A stretch of DNA of 63,001 nt, counting the filler, from Basidiobolus ranarum (Eukaryota), in the NCBI GenBank assembly GCA_040143965.1. It is 4 parts of 4 records of this genome, joined end to end, with 100 filler letters (N's around TTAATTAATTAA, not from the genome) between each part and the next. Parts side by side here need not be neighbours in the genome. Positions count along the whole stretch, not along the records: positions 1 to 15,767 come from JASJQH010007244.1; positions 15,868 to 31,604 come from JASJQH010007245.1; 2 more parts are not named here. One strand, 5' to 3'. The notes beneath the pieces are model-generated. The model saw only the letters and a program-made list of their open reading frames with translations, did not search any database and was not told where the DNA came from. Numbering within the stretch: position 1 is the stretch's first letter; each line of letters begins with the position of its first letter. Below, piece after piece: positions 1 to 16,833 of the stretch. The position numbers and the translations under genes were made by a program.

Positions 1-527
1 GTGCAGTAATGGTGGTTGAATTTGTTTGACTTTGACTAATAGGGTTTCTATTTTAGCATGTATTTAACTAAGTTTATTGGTCTTGGACATGTCTTCTCAT
101 TGTTGGTGCGGTACACTTGTCTGATTCCATCCATGGCTAATCCGTCAGTTACTTAAGACTCAGGTTGGCTTCAGGGATTCATACAAATTAGTGGTTTAAT
201 GGGTTCTCAAGCGATACTCTAGCAACTGTTTCAGAGTGTGAAGTCAAGCCCAAGTCTCCCCAACAACTAGATACGTATTGAGTTTCAGTGAGACAAATTT
301 ACTACGATCTATCTAATTATGAAAACTGACTCAAAACAACCTAACCTTGTATGTATAATTCTTGCATGAGTTTGAATCACTCACAATGAGTTCTTCAGGA
401 GCTACAACCACTTTGTATATATTAATAGCACATCAACTTCAACACACAAAGTGGGGGAATTGTCTTCATTCTCATGAATAAGAAATAAATGATCTATTTT
501 TATTATTTGTTGAAAAATGTTGAAAAT

Positions 528-2454
528 TTACTCGAGTCTGGTTCGCTTTGCGGAGTCTGACTCAGCTTCCATTGGTTGTGAAGGTTCCTCGTCAGCTGGG
601 GTGTTATTAGTAGCATTGGCAGCTTTGTTAAGTTTACGTGTACCTCTACGTCTGTTGGCATTCATGGGCTCAGCTGGACAGTCAATAACTCGGATTGTAT
701 TGAGCAAGTATCCACCACTACCACTAGTATTCATGGTGGGATGGGTTCTGCCAGGAAGAACTTGGTATTCTCTGAGCCAGCTTTCGGTGATTTGAGGATT
801 CAAACACTCGGTAGATTTTTTCATATAAGTATATGCGCTGACAAGTACCTAACAAACATTTTAATCACATGCGGTATAACTGAATGATAGGGGCTCACTG
901 TACCTCCTTGTTAGGGCTGTAAACAACAATAGGTCTTGATCCAGCAACATAGGGAAGTAGTTCGTCCAAAATACTCTCAGGTGAGTACTGACTAGCAATC
1001 AATAGACTAATTACAGCATTAGTATTAGAGAATGTAAAAAAGATTATATGATTTAACATACGCATCAAAGTCCCCATCCCACAACATTTTTTGTGCTCCA
1101 GTGAGTCTCTCATAAGCTTTTGTTTTACGACTGTAGGAAACCTTCTCCTTTTCCTCCATAACTGATGTATCTTGCTCTACGAATGGTTCTAGAAGAAAGT
1201 TAATTGGATGCTCTGGGTGTTTGATCCCAAAAGAGTATCAAATCCTTTACCTGGTGCCGAGTCCTTGCTAATATTAGCCCAAGAGAGAACCTTTAGCATC
1301 TCTCGAGTATGCGTAGGGAAGTTCATATATCTAATGGTATCGTAGTTATGATTATCGCCCTCGTGGATGCCAAGAATTGAACCAAAACCTATAAATTGAT
1401 TGAGTAACAGCAACGGTCAAAGGTAAAAGGTACACACTTACCAGCCATGCGTTCCATAAGACCGCAAACAACTAAGCCTTGAGCATCATCAACAACAAGG
1501 ATTTTGGAGTGAGCACGGATGTTCCCCATGTTTAACATTTGAGATAGAGTATCAATACGCATGTCCCTATATTGAGCAAACGTTTAGCATGCAACCATAA
1601 AGTAATGAAATGCTAAAACAAGTTACCGAATCTTGGATGGGTTTTTGTTGAAAAAGAAATCGCATAGGGAGTATAAGTTAGGTTTAACTGGCGTGAATAC
1701 TTTCTTGAATCTAAAATAAAATGAAGTAAATAAAATATCCAAGAGATATTCAAATATACATATTAGCATACTTCTTCTCTTTCTTCTTGATGTATTTGGC
1801 TTTAGAATATTCGGTTTTCTTCTCGAAGGCTGAATGGTTTTCAACTAAAGTCTCGACAATAGTCTATAACCCAGGTCAATTAGAATACTATGAGAATATG
1901 TATATATCAATAATGCTGCACTTACATCACCACTAACACCTCCTTGAAGACCAGTCTGCTTGAGCTTTTCGACATCCTCGTGGCTGAGTTTTTGAGATGT
2001 ATTGTCATCCACAATTTCACGATTATTGGCTGTTGTTTCAGCTATTATATAGAGAAATGGTCAGTACGGTAAATCTGGAAGTGCAATTTATGAACAAAGG
2101 CTTACTAATGACTGAAAGTCCAGCATGGCGAGTGAGTTGGATTTGGTTTCTTCCAACAACTTCATACGAGTGTCCAAAAGGTTTTCCAATTATATCGTTG
2201 ACTAAAAAGTTTCCAAACTTTCCCATGTTCACAGTGCTATTTAAAAGAATCAGAGATTACCATTAAAAGATCGGTAAAAGCACTTGGCAGATAGGATGTG
2301 TTTACCTATTGGCTTTTAGCGAAACTACTTTAACATTTCCACTGGGCATCTCAATAAAGACGTATTCTCCCTCTTTAATGGTGGGTAGATCCTCCATTTG
2401 CTGTCTATTCTCCTGATTTAGAATTCCTTCATCTTGCATTTGAACGTCAGTCAT
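528..2454 (-). CDS. TRM6: tRNA (adenine-58-N1)-methyltransferase non-catalytic subunit TRM6/GCD10, multi-exon
   Basis: Exon translations include IKEGEYVFIEMPSGNVKVVSL, MGKFGNFLVNDIIGKPFGHSYE, DMRIDTLSQMLNMGNI, LIASQYSPESILDELLPYVAGSRPIVVYSP and ITESWLREYQVLPGRTHPTMNTSGSGGYLL, which are Gcd10/Trm6 hallmarks. ATG at 2454, stop at 528. Confidence 0.93.
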
Positions 2455-4262
2455 TTTTGGTTGCCTTCGTTAACTTGAGTCCCAACTTTCGTGTAAGAAA
2501 TAAAACTCTTTTTTTTATGAAACTAATTAGTGAATTGATGTTCAATTTTTTTTTTGTGTATTGAAAATAATCATTCACACCGAGCAAAAAAAAATCCAGT
2601 CACATTACAAACTAAGCTTCAAATTACTTGACTACATATTCACTAAATTTAAGCACATGCACTGAATATACTTGATCTTGAACATTACATATACATGAGA
2701 AGTTTCGTTTCTAAACCACTACCATATAGGCAGAAAAACGCACCGTTGAGGTAATAAACTCTGTAAAAAGAAAACTATCTGTTGTTAGCATATACTCACG
2801 AGATATGGCCGATAGTTTTTGGCTATACCCAATTGCCGTAATTAAGTTGAAACAACATAGGCAATGAGATTGTTATAAACTTTCCTTCGGCGCAGGCATT
2901 GTCCTTTTCGTGATCAATCTTGTCGCAATGTCAATTATATCGTGATTACCACTTGACAAAGATAAATTTACAAGTCTATTATTTCACTTGATTAATTCCC
3001 TTTTTGGCTTTCCTTTAGGTAGTTACTTACAAATTCACAAAGCGAGGAGCTTAAAAGTGTTTTGGAAAATCAGCATTTTGTTTCACACAGCTGTTGTTAT
3101 TTATGTATCCGTCAGTATTGGGACTTTGTTTACTGACTTGAATCTCGTATTTTTCGAGAAGACTTCAGGTTACAGATAGACTTTATTAACGTATAATATC
3201 ATCATATTGGCATGATAGAGATGCGTGGGGTAAAGGTTGGTATACTGATGTTTCCAAGTTTATTCCCACATGTGACCAATGAATTATTCACCGCTCACTC
3301 ATGGGTTCATGTTGATGTTGACGATATTCATTAGCATTATGTAGTGGAGTTTAAAGTTGCCTATGGGCCAGTAGTTCTGTGATTAATGAAAGATGCTCTA
3401 TCAAAATCGATACCATTGAGTATCAAGAATAAACCCCTGGAGAGGTTTGCAAAAATTCGGTTAACCCATAAGTTAACCAGGTATTGAGTGTACTATAATA
3501 GTACCCAGCGCTGCGGAACCCTCAGAAAACCTTCACTGAGCCCCAACCATCCGTGATCAGGATCGCTTGTTTGGTGTGGGAGATGGATGTCATCTCAACT
3601 ATAGCAATGATTTTGTGGTCATTTGAGCAGTGGGCTGATTATGGGAATCCAATGATTCCTCGAAGCTAAGGGTAATTTATTTCATAATCCACACAAGTTG
3701 GGTTACACTTTCGAAGGATTCTGGTTTTGTTACATGCGACCTGGATGATTACCATTATCATGAAAACATCATTAGATCGTTATGACATAGGATCAATAGA
3801 ATAGTTCCAGGCCATTGGTTGTCAAAATATTCATCCAAGAAAAGTAAATATGACTTCAGCGATCAGTATGAAACTGGCCAAGGAACCGGAATCCATCTAT
3901 TTAGAGATTGAATTATGAATCCAACATATTTATACATAAAGGGGAAGTGGACTAGGAGGTCAGCTCCCGAAAAAAGAGAATAAAGAAAAGTGTTTCCTCC
4001 TTTTGGTTGCTTCTCTGAACTTGTCACTTTTTATTCTATTTCTAGATTATTTCGACGCACCTCCCGTTAATCTTCTTTCTTGGAATCTTACATTTTATTT
4101 AATAGTTTAAGGAATAATTCACTTTAGAAACCATTGGAAAGCAAGACATTAATAGACAACCTTTCGCATTTTCCGCTAAATTTCCCCCTGAAAACACTGC
4201 TTCGTACATATAGAAGTGAAACCCGCACCCTCCATACATAGCACACATATACATATTCCTTA

Positions 4263-5862
4263 ATGGCGCCTAGAAACCCAAGTAACATTGAATCCTCCAC
4301 CGATGCGAAAATCCCTGGTATCGTAGGGAATCGGTTCCGTGTTGGGCGCAAAATAGGAGAAGGCAGTTTTGGTGTTATTTTTGAAGGTATTATACCGTAA
4401 CTTTCAACGAAATTAACATTGTAATATATATCATGTGCTTAAGCCTTTCTGAATGTTTTTTAGGAACTGATCTTACTCGTAAACAAGCAATCGCTTTGAA
4501 ATTTGTATCCTTATCGAAAACTTTTCAAGCCACTTCTACCAATGTACCCCTATTATATTATGATACTTAACGACGGGTTTTAGGAAAATCGAAAAACAAC
4601 CGTTCCACAACTTCGAGACGAATACAAGGTGTACAAGATTCTAGCTAATGTTTGTAAGTGAACAAACATCTCTTTTCGCTTCAATCTTCACAATTACATT
4701 TAACACGTTTCTGTATTCATGAAAGCGTGCATTCCTTCTGCTTACTATTTTGGTCAAGAGGGGGCCTACAACGTCCTAGTAATAGATATGTTGGGGCCAA
4801 GTCTAGAAGACATCTTTGAAAAGTGTCATCATAAATTTAGTATCAAGACTGTAGCCATGTTAGCGATACAGATGGTTTGAAGAGTTCAAAGTTCTATTAT
4901 GTGTTGAGTTTGTGACTTAGACCGTTTAATCTTAGGTCATGCGTGTTCAGTCTGTACATGAGCAGGGTTTAATCTACCGGGATATCAAGCCTGATAATTT
5001 TTTACTCGGCCGTCCTAACTCTTCTAAAGAAGGCTCAGTGTTCATGATCGATTTCGGAATGGCCAAATATTACATCAACCCAAAAACGAACCAACATATA
5101 CCATATAAAGAACGTAAAAGTCTAACAGGAACTGCTCGTTATATGAGTATAAATACTCACCTAGGGCGAGGTACACTATTTATCAATTTTTGACTTTGTG
5201 TACAGTGTTTTACTTACACGACATACAGAGCAATCCCGAAGAGACGATCTGGAGTCACTTGGTCATGTTCTTATGTATTTCCTTCGAGGCTCACTTCCTT
5301 GGCAAGGCTTGAAAGCTGCTAACGCCAAGCAGAAGTACACGAAAATTGGTGAGAAGAAGCAGATCACATCCATAAAAGAGTTGTGCGGTGGATTTCCAGG
5401 TAGGAAATGAAAACCTGAGATGTCGAGAAGACGCATTTGATTGACTGAGTTTTCATTAATATAGAGGAATTCGCACAATATATGAATTATGTCCGTACAC
5501 TTGGCTTTGATGATAATCCGGATTACAAACTGTTGCTTGGTTTATTTGAAAAGGTATTGGTGAAAGTTGGTCAGCCCAATGATGGAATTTATGACTGGGT
5601 CTCGCGAGACAATGTGATTGTAAGTATACTCTGTACAGAGGCAATTCAATGACCTTCTCTCCTTACTAATCGATTTTGTTAGTCCAAAGAATCTCGTTCA
5701 TCAACGGCAAATACCCGTTGTATTGAAGTAGATGCCCATCGACCTTTACAACAGCAAGAGGTTATACGAGTTTCTCAGCCTCACGGAGCACCCAATATTG
5801 AGGTCAAAAAGAGCTTCTGGTCTAGAATCCTGAACATACTGGCATGTCGTGCTTGTGATTAG
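4263..5862 (+). CDS. Casein kinase I (CK1, Yck/CK1-gamma-like), multi-exon
   Basis: [84 protein letters not shown]. The C-terminus ...ILACRACD* has cysteines typical of lipid-anchored CK1. Confidence 0.95.
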
Positions 5863-6884
5863 CAAGGAGAGCCACTTCATGAACAACCAATATATACATA
5901 TCTATTACAAACATATTTATCCTTGAATTAGCTATATCTCTTCCATGAAGAATTTATACTTATGTCGCATCTTAGTTTTATTCACTTCTGTAAGAATATT
6001 TTACTATTACGCTTGACCAGGAACTGAACATACATTCCCGCACACGTATACAAGTCCAACACAAACCAAGTATCACTTAAAATATAATTTGAAAAAGTTA
6101 TCAACCAAATGGACTTTCCTCTTATTAAGTAAGACTTCGATACTCATTACAGCCGTGTTGGATCTCCAGCGGGTGTAGCAGTACTTGTAGATACTTTCTA
6201 GATAAACATCCTCCTATTGACTCACCACAAATATTTTGTTGGCATCGTGGTAATAATCTGGGATAGAATAATTTAGAACCATTTATATGCTACGCTACAA
6301 ATGTTTATGGAATTGCGATTCCAGATGAAAATGAACTGGATTGGTCGATTATTTGCACTTTGGGAATGTAAACAAATCGGAATCAAGAGGCTCAATAAAG
6401 GAAAGTAAGCATATGTACAACAGTAACAAATACGGATAATAGCATGGAGCAGGTACTATTCCATGATGAAGCTACAGTACGGATATTTGAAAGGTTAGAT
6501 TCTCTATTGGTTCGAGCCTTCTCACCTCTGATTGTATTAAGTATATGGGCAGTAAAGAGGCCTAGGCTATGTTCACGAGGTAAGTATCATATTCTTTGAA
6601 GTTTCTGTATTTGATTTCGATTTACGTATGGATGTCACTACTTGATGAGTGTTTATAAAATGATCAAAGACTGTGCCATAACCCTAAGTGTTCTAATCAT
6701 GAAGACGGAAAACCCAACTAAAAAGGGTTAGACCTCAAAACTAGGTGGATAGGTGCGATTGAAACTGGTCACAGTATGCTCAAAGACAGTTGCGCATAGG
6801 ATGACAGCGCTTGCGGTAGAACTTGCCTTAACGTAAATACGTTTATATAATCAACGAATATAATGATAGAACCGTTATTCGAGT

Positions 6885-9864
<2,980 letters not shown>

Positions 9865-10499
9865 GTGCTTTACACTTTGTTGATAGAGGACGTAAGTATA
9901 TAGTAGTAAATTAAAGAGACGAAAAGTGGGCAGGAAAGAGCAGCTGAGTTCAATGCAGCCAACGTCTAAAAGGAGCTACACAATATATTTCAGAGTTGCT
10001 CAAATACCTATATGCAACTCTAACTACTGAGAGAGCTTAAAGACTAGCTGAAGGTGAACTTGCCAAAACAGAGGTGTCAAGATACTTGACGTGAGATTGA
10101 TATAATGTAATATAAAATGGCTAAGGAAGTTAAAATGAAAAATCGGGATAAACTTGGAGGAAAACTCGGTCAACCTATAAGGAATATATACTTCGTGAAA
10201 CGTTGTAGGATCCATATTTCATTTACACCTGACGGCTAAATTTCAAATATGTCATTATAAATACCGATGAATAGTGCAGTCCTATGCTCGAGTGTTGCCG
10301 AAAAATATATAATGAGCGCCGATGCACGAGGAATAAATAATACTAGATCTCAACAGCGGATTTATAGCATCCAGAATACTATGATATACTAGAATATTAT
10401 ATTTACGAATAATAATCCACACAAAATTGATTATTCAGGATAAAATTTACAGTAATAATCTAAAGTCACTAATAATAACAATTCCTTACTCGACTAGTT

Positions 10500-11658
10500 A
10501 TGAGTTCTGATGAAACGCCTTCCAAGCGTGTTAAAGTCGATGATCCTTTGGAATGTATAGCATGTTTTCTTTAGAAAACAAGATTATCCTTATCGTACTG
10601 ATTTATACATTTACATATCTAAGTAGCTCCAAGTTTGAGTAGTCCTGAAGATAACGTTCCCTCTCAAAGCGGAAAAGTTCCTCGAGTAATTACTAGCGTA
10701 TCTCAATCTGCTGGAAAATGTCCAAGAACTACTCGTTCAGGTAGTAAACAAACCAAAGTTTTAATAAGAAAATAATTAACTTTACTAATGGTACCATTTT
10801 TTTAGGTAAACGCCCCTTTTCTACCGATTCTGAATATCAAGAAGATGCTCTCCGGACGATAAACTTCTCTGGTAATTTTTTTTGTTATTTTTCTTTTAGG
10901 TTTTATTCTAATTCCTCTATTATTCTGTGAACTGAAAAGATTATTCAAGTTCAAATAGTGATTCAGGTATTCCTTTCTTATTCATGAAATTTGTATTTCG
11001 AGCTTCCTAACAGCATTTAAGAACCCGAGATGTTCCGTACCTCTAACAATTTAGTATATGAGAAAAACCTAGAGAAAGGTATAGTTTGTATGAAAAGTAG
11101 ATATTATGATTGATATACTCACAGTTGACAAGTCGATAATCACAAACCATCCGATGTCAACACTGCAGCAACAGATTCCACTATACATTCACAAGCGCAA
11201 ACACATGTTGATGTTGAGCAAGAAGATGGTACCCGTCCCACTTTTTCTATCGTTCAAACCAAGGAGAGCGAAGAAAAGCAGAGATTGGAATCTATATATA
11301 ACGATACAATCAGTTAGTAATAACATAGATACAGATCCCTCAAGAGCATATTCTTAAATCATGAATCAAGTTACACCTGTTCCTTTAGATGTTTACAATA
11401 GACTGCGCACTTTGGAAGATAAAGTTATGGAACTTGAGGAGATGCACCCTGCTTGGTGTGCGGTACACTTCAACCAGCCGGATCGACAGGTATTTTCTGC
11501 TTTCCTTGTTAGATGAAAATCGATTTAACTTACAGCGTACAATATCTTAGTTTCCTCCGCCACCTCCAATCACATATGTCACACGAAACTCATGGGGTGG
11601 AATCATGGTACCTCGCACTACTTTTGAAACGCAAAAATCATCGTCAAAAACCACTTGA
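10500..11658 (+). CDS. Multi-exon protein with an MBIP-like (MAP3K12-binding inhibitory protein 1) C-terminal domain
   Basis: Starts MSSDETPSKRVKVDD and continues through many short GT-AG exons. Late exons read ...EKQRLESI... and TPVPLDVYNRLRTLEDKVMELEEMHPAW, resembling the MBIP PVPxDIYxRxxxLEDKILELE motif (recalled). Exon structure approximate. Confidence 0.6.
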
Positions 11659-12546
11659 CTATTACAATAACAGTTAGAATAAACGCTGGCTCAAGAATGA
11701 TCTATTAATATTTTAACCTCAAATTATATATTTTAAACTCCAATTCTTCCAAAAATGGTACCACTCACGTTGGATAATTTTTCAGTAAGCCACTTGCCAA
11801 TGGTGCATATAACATAACACTAAAGGTAGGAATATGTTTGTTGACGATTAGAACATTTATCATATGTATTATCCCTATTTGTTTACACCCAAGTATTTTA
11901 TATATCTTATGCAAGTTATCATATATTGTTAGTCATTTATCACTTCGTTAACAGTCTGAACATATACTTAGTGTACATGTGAATATCCAAGAATTAGCAA
12001 AATTGAACTCAAAATTTCAAAGTCATCCAAATCAGCTCCAGGATAGCCCAATTTACTCCCACCGATGTTCTGAGCATGACCCAATTGATAGTTTTGATCT
12101 TACCTTCAACAAGTATTAATACTATATTTCAAGTCAATATATACCTCTAGTTCTTGATAGCTCCCTGTGTTTTGAAACTCCTACCATGCTCATTTTTTCA
12201 TAATAATATTGATCAAGCTGATTGTCTGTATTGCTACAAAAATTGAGGAAACAGAGGAACATGGCTATAAAGCTGATATGCTAAGAAAGTTGAGAAAAGC
12301 TACTTTGAGCTATGAAATTCAATATGCGAGGTACTATATATGGATGTATGGATCATAATCCAATATTTCAAGAATCAATACCTTCAGTTCATGTCACTGG
12401 TGAAGACATTGAGCTCCATAATTCAAACAAAACATTTAAAATCACAACAGTATACTTTTAACATGATTTTGAGTTTCTTACCACTAACTCTACTTCATCC
12501 AATATCTGTAGTTAAAGTTGCAAGAATAGCATGGATAACTGGTATA

Positions 12547-12868
12547 TGTTGAGATTAGCATTGCTTAAACACCTATATAGTCATATATATAGTTAGTATT
12601 TAGTTATCCTATATTGAACTAAGATATCATCCATTATTCTCAAGAGGAATTTACTTAGAAGTTCTCAGATGTATAGATTCCTCAAAGAAGCCCCAAACTT
12701 TGCACACATATTTCTGGGACCTTCCTTAACACATTCTATATCTTAGTTTGTTTACATCATGACGAAACTTTAAATGTCAACTATCTACTCAATGAATCAA
12801 TAAGTGAAAAACACCAATATCTCTATTTCTCCAAACCATTTCCAACTGGCTCCCAAAATTCTTTAACA
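12547..12868 (+). mobile_element. Dispersed repeat, probable solo LTR (copy 1)
   Basis: Bounded by TGTTGA...TTAACA. Aligns by eye to 45937-46284 (same strand) and to 15868-16088 and 62838-63001 (opposite strand). Confidence 0.7.
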
Positions 12869-15867
12869 AGAACTAAGTTTATGAGCAAAAATTACTAGTA
12901 AGATATTTGATGTAACATATATTGCATAGTGGCTAAAATGATACTTATTCTTCAGATCTCTCTGCAGCTGTCATGGTTGAGACATTGAATAAAATAGCTC
13001 ACTTACAATTTGTATTTTTCAGAGCCCATAGAGTAGGTGGTATCACAAAAGTAGACCACCAGATTTAAGCCTCTGATATTGGTAATTAATAGTAAGAAAG
13101 AAATTTGATGATAGCTATACATTTGAATCAGACCGGGATACCCAATATCATATAGTAATTTGCTGGGTTATAAGTTAGAAATATTATACATTTAGACAAG
13201 CTGGAAATAGATAATATAAGCCAGGTAACTTTATAGGCTGATAAAATGTAGTAGAACTCGGTGGCTTTGCAAACATAAAAATGTTCAATAACCAACCTTT
13301 GTATATGATATATTGAATTTTCTCGCTCAATGCAACTGTTGCTGCATAACACAAAAGCACAAAAGTGTACTTATTTATCAATACACATCAAATATCACTT
13401 GGTTCAGAAACTGAAGATCTATTTAGGATATATATGAACTATGCTTGAATTTGCAATATTGAACTTCAAGATTCAAAGTCACTAAGATTAGTCCCAGATT
13501 TGTTCTCAACCCAAACCTATTGCTTGTGAATGGTGCCTTCTAACATATATATTCTTTGCATGGGATAAATTAGGAGAATCTCTTCATCATAAAATCATTC
13601 ATATATTAAAACTCCTTTCACTAAACTTATATTCATCTAATATGAGGTTATCTGGATGGTAATTTATTGCTATTTCAACCAATTACTTTACTTCGATTTA
13701 GTAGATTTATACAGTTATGAATTCTGGGACATCACGTTCCCATCTTTGACTTTCATTTATAACTCTTGACAAAAAACTGTTGATATACATATAAATAGCA
13801 CTTTATCCTAGATACATTCTTCTCTTCAATTATCTGATATTATAAACTCAACTACAGCTTAAAACAGAAATGTATTGTATCATTAAGAGAAGTATAAAAA
13901 TTTAGATAGATGAGAATAAACATACTGCATTGAAGTATACAAGGCAAATTCGTTGCAGTTAGATATCCAAGAAGAAACACAAGTATCTCTGGTGTCAATA
14001 GATTCACTTAATTACAATCCACTTCAAAACTACCAGCACTAGCAATTAATCACACTCTGAGCTTTGTATCACAGAATAATTCATTAAATTTAGTACCCAA
14101 GAAATAGATTACTTCCGTCAGGTTTACACAAAAAATATAGTTTTTGTATTCTCAAAATTTACTTGACTATTGTGTCTCATCTAATCCTCTATGTAATCAG
14201 AAACGATTATGATGAGATACACTGGTATGTATTTGTGAGATATCCATACCCAGAGCTATCTCCAGATGTATTTACTTGACTCTGCATACATTACAATGAA
14301 GTGAGTGATACATACAGATAGTGAAGGATTTACTTTGTCAATCGATTGCCTCCATAATAAACTATCGCGCAAAGGAAATGGAAGCAAGAAAACCATGTTC
14401 TCATACTAGAGGAAGCATGGACTAATGAACCGATATGGATTGCTGATAAAAGATAATGAAGTGGACCACTTATGTTGCATTCAAGCTATTAGGTGTACAA
14501 TAGTCAAACTGTGGATGCATCAGTAAAGAAGCGGATATTGACTAGACGGAATATGGAGTGAAATTGGGCGCACACTGATACAGTAGCACATATGATATTC
14601 CCAAGCATCAGAGATTGAAATATTACGCCAATATGAGGATTCACACCATGGATGTATTGAATATACACTGTAGTCCATAGGGCGCATTAATTCCTTTTCT
14701 GCATCATTGAAAGAGAAAGCTACTCCATGACCAAATCATTCAACTCTCCGTTCACTCTTGGATTAGTAAGATCAAATGAATGAAATCATCCATCCAGTGT
14801 TGAAAGGAATTCCGACTCCATACCATTTCTGCGCAACCAACTGCATCCCATACTTCTAAATTCTATCTACATTTGAGTTGCGAACGATACCATTCGCCGG
14901 AGTGAGGGGAACCTTCTTTTGGAACACTGAATAAACACTCCCAAAGCAACGTCAATTTCAAATCACATCCAAATATTGACATGATCGATAATACTATCTA
15001 CAGATAAGGTGACTCAACAAACCCCATGGACCCTAGCATGATCTGATATAGGTCCAAACAGATCGAACTTGCATTTGCTCTAACAGTGCCATTTATCAGC
15101 GATGTATATTTGGGGATATGCCCAGTGAAGCTGCGGGGTTGCAGACCTCGTTCCTGCTGGATAAATACTAAGCTAATTTGGTGCTTACCCATCCGATTGG
15201 CCCGAGAGGTAGAGTACCAAGTAACACTGTGTCCTGATAGATAGTGTATGGAGTACCAATGTGCCGAATTAGTTGGCCACCTAGAGTTTAGATCTACTTG
15301 TGAGCAGCGGCTTCGGGTTGGAAGAGAAGGTCTCATGATTTCTCTGGTTTGTAGAGCGTTTGGTGTTTTGCTGCCAATCTACTATGTCTCAAGGCCTGCG
15401 ATGATCTAAACAACTTTTGTGTGTAACCTAGAGATAAACCCTTACCACCCCCATTACCCTCAAGATACCAAGGAGAGTTCCCCGGAACTTCAATGTGCTA
15501 AAATGGGTGGATCAAGTAAACTACAAGATTTTTAATAAAACCAAATGAGCCCATTCCCGACAGAGTCCCTTCACCAAATATCACGCACATCATTCTACAC
15601 TTGATGTGGTACATGGACATCCATTCATTCGCAACATCACCTACATGCGCTCTCGATGGCCTGGCCCAGAAAAGGTAGTAGTTGAGCGACGTCATAGTTC
15701 GAATGATCAGTATGGGATCCGCACATCCTACAGTCTACCCATTGGGCGCTTTGAGCAATGATCGTACNNNNNNNNNNNNNNNNNNNNNNNNNNNNNNNNN
15801 NNNNNNNNNNNTTAATTAATTAANNNNNNNNNNNNNNNNNNNNNNNNNNNNNNNNNNNNNNNNNNNN

Positions 15868-16088
15868 TGTAGAATATGTTAAGGAAGGTCCCAGGAACAT
15901 GTGTGCAAAGTTTGGGGCTTCTAGTACAAGTTTGAAAAATCTATATATCTGAGAACTTCTAAGTTGGTAAAAATATTCTAAGTAAATTCCGATTGAGAAT
16001 AATTAATAATATCTTAGTGAATTATAAGATAACTAAGTACTAAGCTATATATGACTATATAGGTGCTTAGGCAATGCTAATTTCAACA
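15868..16088 (-). mobile_element. Dispersed repeat, probable solo LTR (copy 2, truncated by scaffold gap)
   Basis: Reverse complement of copy 1, ending ...gcaatgctaatttcaaca. The first 37 bp are identical to the last 37 bp of the window. Confidence 0.7.
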
Positions 16089-16833
16089 AGATGATCATGG
16101 GATTTCACGCAAGAGTGTAAATAAAAATAAGGCAAATTTGAGGTGATTGGCATTCTATTATTTATTAATATTATATATTAGTCAGAGTAGGAATTGAGTG
16201 GTTGAAATATATCAGACCTGTTTCAGCAAACACTGGTTAAAAATAGGAATATGAACGGAAGTGGGTTTATGTTATATAAAACAGACTATGGTGGAATCGG
16301 AAATCCACCAGTAGTGAGAAACGGCCGAACAATAGCTTTAACCATAATTCGAAGAAATTGGTATATTGTGGTTTTACAGTTGATATTAGCGGCTCTAGTA
16401 AATATAAGTATCTTGGATGTAGCCTTGCATAATGATCAAGATTAAAATCGAGGTTAGGAGTGAATGATAGATTAAATGCATTAGAATACATACAGAGTCT
16501 ATTCGGAAGTCTGACAATCATCATCAACGCTGTAAGAAACATCATCAACACTAACTGATATTTATTCGTAACAGTCCAAAAAGAATGCATTTCGTATGCA
16601 AAAGAAAGCTGAGAACCGGCCAGCATTCATGATAAAGTGAACTGTGGAATTACATTAGGATTTGAGCCATATTGAATTATATTAGAGTAATGGGTGAGTG
16701 GAAAGTGGAATCGGTTGTTTAGGGTAATAGGTGAGTAAAAGTGGGAAGTGGAATCGGTTGTACAAGCTATCAACCTGATTCTATTAATTATAATATTAAT
16801 TATATATATACAAAATTTCATCCACCGATGAAT

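Noticed and set aside
15768-15867. N-run with embedded palindrome ttaattaattaa (also 31605-31704 and 47313-47412)
   Set aside because: Identical 100-bp structure at all three gaps with stops in all six frames. This is an assembly spacer, not biology.
16267-16821. Minus-strand ORFs downstream of the cyclin (possible readthrough extension)
   Set aside because: Low-complexity AT-rich 3'UTR-like sequence with no conserved motif. The cyclin box is complete before the stop.
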